Shown piece by piece: positions 57,841-64,000 of a stretch of DNA of 64,000 bases. Below the pieces are notes generated by a model. The model worked only from the letters and a program-made list of their open reading frames with translations. It was not told the DNA's origin and did not search any database. The translations under genes and the position numbers were made by a program. Source of the DNA: Rebecca billardiae RCC1528 (taxonomy: Eukaryota > Protista > Haptophyta); NCBI GenBank assembly GCA_965240325.2, contig OZ251245.1, positions 1-64,000 of the forward strand, written 5' to 3'. Position 1 is the first letter of the stretch, and every line of letters begins with the position of its first letter.

Positions 57841-59736
57841 GTGGGGTTATTGGCCGTACAATAACTGATTGTCTAAGAGGACGACAAGAACGCCGGGCGC
57901 CAGCGCCGCTCATCAGCCACCACGCATCGCGTCTCGTCGACGGCGAGCGGCATGCCCACCGCATCTGCTGCCGCTCGCCAAGGCATGACGGGACACCGGT
58001 AAATCCCACTGAGTAGGAACACACGCAGCCGCCTCGGCATCGACATGCCAGGCGGCGTGCCCACCTTCGGCCAGCAGCTGTGGCGAAAGACGTTGCCAAG
58101 ACATGCTGCTTCCACTTGCCGAGGTGCTTCGCCTTGACACAGGGGTAACTTGCGGCGCACGTGCGCGATGGCGAGCCGCGGCGTGAAGGGCGGCAGCGGC
58201 GGGCCCGCTGCAAGCTGCAAGCACTTTGTGCTGGCTGCGTTTAGCCCGTGCCATGTGACGACCAAGACCGGTTGATAGAAAGCTAGTCTGCCATCGAAAC
58301 CAGCTCTACACGCTCCGCCGCCACTACCTTGTCGAGCTTGAGATGCTTCCGTTGCGTGTGCTCGCATGCAGCCTGCCGCCTGCATTTGAACGTGATCGCG
58401 GCAGGTCGGCTGGCCGGATTGTCACGCCTCCTCGGCGTAGACTACGACACGATGCGTGCCACACGCACCCATGACACGCCGCAAGGCGTATGCACGCGTC
58501 TTCGCGCATCTGGCAGGCTGCAGTCTTGGCCAAATTGATGAGAACAAGCCTGCATCAAGCGCTCGCGGCGCAGGCGCGAGCGCGCGGAGAGTTCTGGGAT
58601 GACCCATGGTGCCTTGCTCGGGGACGCAACTCCTCCTCAACGGCTGCGAGCGGCGACACCGGAGCTAGATCGCTGCACTCAGCACTCCTCGCTGAGTGCA
58701 GCGTGACCCTCGGAGTCGTGCGTCTCGGCTTCCCGCCGGAGCCTTTGCGTCCCCGAGCGGGGCGTGACACCGATTCCCACTGGCGGGCACGGGTTTGTCG
58801 CCGTGACATACAGGGGTCTCAACAATTAAACGTCACATTCTGACTGAGCTGCACGCCACTGCTCACCCTGCCCCCCTGGGCTGATCCAGGCGGCCCCCAC
58901 GGCCCGTGCACCGGACGGTTTCGACCCAGCGCGTCAGCCCCAGCGCGCGTGGGCTGGAGTTGGGCACACCAGCAGGTCACACGGCTGCAGGCGTACAGCC
59001 TGTCGCAGCTGGCCAGATCCTGCCGCAGGCTTGTCGTCACTGGTCGCGGGCCGTGTGCCCACACAGGCCAGGCCTAAATTGTGCTTGGCAGTGGATCTGG
59101 TACCCCCTAGGGTGGGCTGCATGCCACCTGGGGGGGAGCTCATGGGATGCAGCTGCTGTGGCACAGTGCCCAATCCCGCACCCCCACCTGCGCAAGGACC
59201 TGTCGGGTCAGCTCCCCTGCACTGGGAGGCCAGCAGCAGCACCCGCTGACACACCCCGAGGGTGGCCAGCCACCCGACTTGAGGGGGCTGGAGTGGGGCT
59301 GGTGCAGCCAAGAGCTCTGCAGCCCAGCTGCTGGTGGCTGGCCTGCATGGATTTTCAAGCTGACCACCCACTGCTGCCTGCCGCACCCCTCGCTGCACCC
59401 ACCTGGGCTGCTGCACATGCGCACTCTGGATGGCACCACAGCCCAGCATGGAGAGCTGGCCAAGCAGCCACCCACTCGTCAGAATGGCCAGGGAGTGGGC
59501 TGTGCTAGACCACAGCATCTAGCCAGGCAATCAAGTGCTCACATGCCTGTCCAGTGGCACAAACATGCAGAGATACACACAGCAACGACTTCTTTTTTAA
59601 AGCGGCCGTTAGCGTGTCCATCGGCCGGATTATTTTACGGAAAATTACTATGCGCTGCGCGCGCGCGCCCAGCGGGCGGCGCGCGCGCGCGACTAGTCCC
59701 CCCTGCATGCCCTAACCGTCAGCTGCCTGATTCCCG

Positions 59737-62700
59737 CTACCCAGCCCCGCTGCCGTCGCGCGCGACATCCGCGCCGTCGCTCACCGTCGCCGAGGCCGAG
59801 CGCGCCGCCGCCCTCAATTTGCTCTTGAGTGCCGACAAGTCCTCCTCCGGAAGCCCAGCCTCCTCGCGCACGAGCTTGCGCGCCGCGATGTACTCGTCGA
59901 CCAGGTCGTGCGCGCCGGCCTTCGCCTTGCGCTGCCATTCGCGCTGCCGCTTGCCCTCCTTCTTCAGCCAGAGCCGCCGCACCTTGTCGCCGAACTCCTC
60001 CTCCGCCCACGTCGCAAGCGACACGCGGCGCAGGAGCTGCGCGGCCGTCGAGATGTGCGGCTGCACCGTCGACTTCTTCCCCTCGGCATACTCGCGGACG
60101 AACGAGTCGAGCGACTTGCGCGCGTTCACGAGCGGCATCGCCCGCTTGGTCACCTGCACGAAGTGCTCCTGCACCTGCTCGTCCGCGAGCTGCACGAGGT
60201 GGCCCCACCGCCTGATCAGCAGAGGCAAGACGAACCGCGCGATCGTCTTGTACTGCGAGGTGACCGGCTTGAGGACGAACAGGTCGAGCGCCTCGACCCA
60301 CGCCGTCGCGGCTGCCTCAACCTCGTCCGCACGCTTCGCGCGGCCATCGTCATCGTCCGTGTAGCCGCGCGAGGAGACGAGGTCGTGCAGCTGCCACGTG
60401 AGCATGAGCAGGCGGCAGAAGAGTGCCATGCGCGGCATGTCCGCGATCTCGGCCTTCAACTGCGCCTCGTCGTCAAAGCCGATCTCGTCCATCATCTCGC
60501 GCTCCTCCTCGTCCTGCATGTCCGAGATGCGCGCGTCCTCGTCGCCGCTGTCCGCCGCGCCCGCGCTGCTCGCGCCGTCGAGATCCGCGTCGATCTTCCA
60601 CACGACCTGCACCAACGCCCAGAAGACCGCGTGCGTGCGCAGCAGCGAGATGCCGTCGCCGCGGAGGTCGGGCACGCCGATCTCGTTGGTGCGCGTGCGC
60701 CGCTTGGGCACTCGCACAGGCACGCCCGCGTTCTTGAACAGGACGATCAGGTCGTACTTGGTGAGCGGCGCGTCGCGGCCGTACAGCTCGTCCACCTCCC
60801 TCCACAGCGCCGACAGCACCGGCTTGAAAGTGTCGTGCTTGAAGTGCATGATGCCGGGGAAGTAGTTGACGTGCTCGAGCTCCAGCTGCGGTAGCAGCCA
60901 CTGGTTCTCGTGCAGCTTCTGGTCGACGATGCGCTCGGCGTCCTTCGAGTCGTCGGCGAGAAGGCGGCGGCGCTTGGTCATCTCGGCGTCGCACTCGCCC
61001 TGGTCGGCAGGCGTGACCTTGCACGCAGGGCACGTCACGCCCGGGTCCGCGTGGCACAGCGCGCGCGCGCGCTTGTACGTGCGCAGCCGCCACTGAGGCG
61101 AGCCGCCGTCCGCGCCCGCCTCCTTGACAGCCCACACGTTGAAGCGGAGCGGCGAGACGTTGTGCGAGCCCTGGCCGGCGAGGCTGGCAAGGTTGACATA
61201 ATCGCCGGTGTACGTGATGATGGCCTTCTGCTCCTCCGCGTAGTCGGCCGCCTCGCCGCCGCCGCCAAAACCGCCGCCGGCCGCGCCGCCCGCCGCGCCG
61301 GCAGCGCCGGCCGCGCCGGCCGCGCCGGCCGCGCCGGCCGCGCCGCCGGCCGCGGCGGCCGCGGCGGCCGCGGCGGCCGCGGCGGCCGCGCCGCCGGCCG
61401 TGCCCGCGCTCGGGTTGCCAGCCGCGCTGCTCGCCGCGCCGCCGGCCGCGCCACCGGCCGCGCGGACGCCAGCGCCGGCGGTGCCGCCAGCCACGCCGCT
61501 GCCGCTGCCGCTGCCGCCCGCGCCGCCCGCGCCGCCCGCGCCGCCGCCAGCGCCCGCGCCCGCGTTACCAGCCGCGCCGCCGGCAGCGCCGCCGGCCGCG
61601 CGGACGCCAGCGCCGGCGGTGCCGCCAGCCACGCCGCTGCCGCCCGCGCCGCCCGCGCCGCCCGTGCCGCCGGCCGTGCCGCCGGCCGTGCCGCCGGCCG
61701 CGCCGCCGGCCGCGCCGCGGGCCTCGCCGCGGCCCGCGCCGCCGGCCGCGCCGGCTGTGACGGCCGCGGCCGCGCCGCCGGCCGCGCCGGCCACACGTGC
61801 GGTGGCGGCAGCAGGCGGCGTCGGTCGCGGCGGAAGCAGGCCGCTCCGGATCACGTCATTGATCGCGTCGGCGTGCGCACTCCATAACTCGGACATGTCC
61901 GAGTCCGGCCGCTCCGAGATGGCGATCGCCTCTGACGACGCGAGCGCGCCGTAGTTGACGCCCCAGCCGTTGCGCACGATGGCGATCGTGGCCGTGCGCG
62001 AGTGAGCCGTGTTGCCCGCGTCCGCCGAGAGGAGGAGGACGTGCGGATGCCCGCGCGGGCGCGCGGACTTGCCGTTGCGCTCCGAGCGATCCAGCACGGC
62101 GTGCACGGCCTGCGCCCACGGCCGCGCCGCCGACTCGCTGCCGATCATGAGCACGCCCGCGCCCGCGTGCTCGCGATCGCGCTGCGCGACCTCTCGAGAG
62201 CCAGCCGCCGGCGGCGGGATCGGGTGGCGGATCGGCTCGCGGCCGAAGCCGCCGCGGAAGACGGTGCGAGCCGAGTGCTCGCCCGTCACCGGGTGGATCT
62301 CCTTCCCCACCCACTCGCGCCACGTGTCGAACTGCGCGTCCGTGACGTTCTTCGAGACGAGGTAGCCGGCGACGTCGTGGTGCGTCTGATGAGATTGAAT
62401 CTCGCGCACAACGCCCACTGCGCCGCGGCGCTGCTGGAGGTAGGCGTGCCTCGCCCACGGCTTGCGCGAGCCGTCGTCTGCGCCCTCGAGCATCTCGTGC
62501 AGCACGAGGTCCATCACGTCGTCGGGCGTGCCACGCAGGATGTGCTCGATATGGTCCGCCTCCCCCCGCCTGCGCTTGCGGCACGCGTTGCTCGAGACCG
62601 AGAGAGATGGGCGCTGAGCGCGCTGCCGATGAGCGCCGTCCAGCCCGTTCAGCTCGGCGAGGTGCTCGAACTTGCCGGCGGCTCGGTCGGCGCGCTTGCG

Positions 62701-64000
62701 CGCGGCGTCCTTGTCGCGCTTGAGCTCGACAAGCTGCGACTGCTGCTCGTCGCAGAGCGACTGGGCGTGCGCGCACTGCTGCTCGAGCAGCTGCTGCGCG
62801 TGCAGCGCAGCCGCGAGCTCGTGCTCGACGCCGCTCAGCGCGTCAGCGGCGATGTGCTCGGTCGCGGTGAGGCGGCGCTCCAACTCGAGGGCCCGATCGC
62901 GCTGCGCGTCGGCGGCGCGCTGCGCAGCTGCGGCCCGCGCGTTCGCCTCTTCGAGATCGCGCCGAAGCTTCGCCTGCGCCTGCTCCGCCTCGGCGTCGTG
63001 GCGGGTGCGCGCATCCGCGCTGTGCCCGGCGCGGTACCCGGCGAGCACAGCGCGCCTCTCCGCGGCAGCAGCGGCGGCGCGCGCGGCGGCGATCCGGTCG
63101 AGGGCCTCGCGCTCGATGTTCTCGCACTCGAGCTTGACGGCGGCGATCACCACGTCGAGAACCGGCTCGAGATCGACGGCGGCCGAGTTGACGATGTCCT
63201 CGCGCTGCCGCACCGCGTCGTCGCGCTCGCGCTCGAGCTCGCCGTTGAAGTGCTCGAGCTCGGTCACACGTGTGCGCAGCGAGGTGAGCTCGAGCTCGGA
63301 AGGGACGCTGCGCGTGCTGTGCGAGCGCCGCAACTGCTGCTCGAGCTCGGCCACGTGCTACAGCTCGGCCATGCGCCTTCGACCCCGTGCTGTCTGCTCG
63401 TCCGCCTCTGCCTCGGGCGTCGGCGCCACGCTGCCAGCCGAGCGCGTGAGAGGCCGCTGGCGGGTGGGCGCGGCCGAGAGCAGCACGGCAGGCGGCGGCG
63501 ACATGAAGGCGGGCGAGGCGACGGCAGGTGACCTCGGCGGCAGCAGCTCTTCCGCCGACCCACCGACGAACGGCTGCGCCGCCGCGCCAGCGAGGAGGAG
63601 TGGCGGCGCGGGCTGGCGGGAGGCGCTGCGCGTGACCGCGGGCGACGGCGCAGCGGCAGCAGGAAAGCTCAAGGCGGAGGAGGCGTTGGTAGTGGCGGGC
63701 GAGAAGACGAGGTGGTCGGCGTGAGCGGGAAGAGACGAGAAGCGGGCAGCGACGACGGCGGGAGACAAATCGGCGGCGGCGGCGGCGGCTGATGCCGCCG
63801 CCTCGCCGCCATCAGCTCGAAGGAGAGCGAGCGCGCGCGCGGTCGGTGGACGGGCGGCATCATGCGGCGAGGACAGCGGCTGCGGCTGCGGCCGCGGCCG
63901 CGGCCGCGGCCGCGGCTGCGGCGGCTGCACGAGCGGCGGAGGCAGGTGCGGAGGCGCCGACGGCAGCTGCGGCGGTGGCGGAAGCGACGGCAGCGGCGGC
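59737..64000 (-). mobile_element. RAG1/Transib-like DDE transposase gene; the element probably continues past the window edge; in-frame TAG at 63358-63360
   Basis: Ordered RAG1/Transib-like motifs: SLSVSSNACRKRRR, NVTDAQFDTWR, LLLSADAG (D, 62020-22), AISERPDS, YTGDY (D, 61201-03), PGIMH, LRGDG, VTSQY...LIRRWGHLVQLADEQVQEH (E, 60166-68). Confidence 0.78.

Noticed and set aside
59162-59200. CACAGTG heptamer near the RAG1-like gene
   Set aside because: No A-rich nonamer at 12 or 23 bp; expected by chance.
57870-59577. RAG2-like Kelch partner convergent with the transposase
   Set aside because: No regularly spaced GG/W Kelch repeats in any listed frame.

Overview
This is the left end of a very GC-rich, CpG-rich eukaryotic chromosome with a TTAGGG-type telomere. 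Short introns starting GTGCGCGC and a signal-peptide aldo-keto reductase suggest an alga, possibly a haptophyte (inference). From the tip inwards: (CCCTAA)n telomere; a duplicated palindromic cassette carrying telomere-like repeats, plus a TGTACA minisatellite; about 16 kb of a ~197-bp satellite with higher-order structure; a 2.5-kb TA-flanked IS630/Tc1-mariner-type element (a second, inverted copy lies at 48.6-51.1 kb) whose DNA-binding domain closely resembles the Pax paired domain; an interrupted C5 DNA-methyltransferase-like gene; a ~709-bp tandem repeat; a broken F-box/RCC1 gene; about 9 kb of a hairpin-rich ~213-bp satellite. Compact host genes follow: a ubiquitin-specific protease, a UBA pseudokinase, a RINGv E3 ligase, two hypothetical proteins, a lipidated HET/TIR-like protein and an aldo-keto reductase. 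The window ends inside a large RAG1/Transib-like DDE transposase gene. All homology calls come from motif recognition by eye; no searches were run. Most of the supplied ORFs are artefacts of repeats and high GC.
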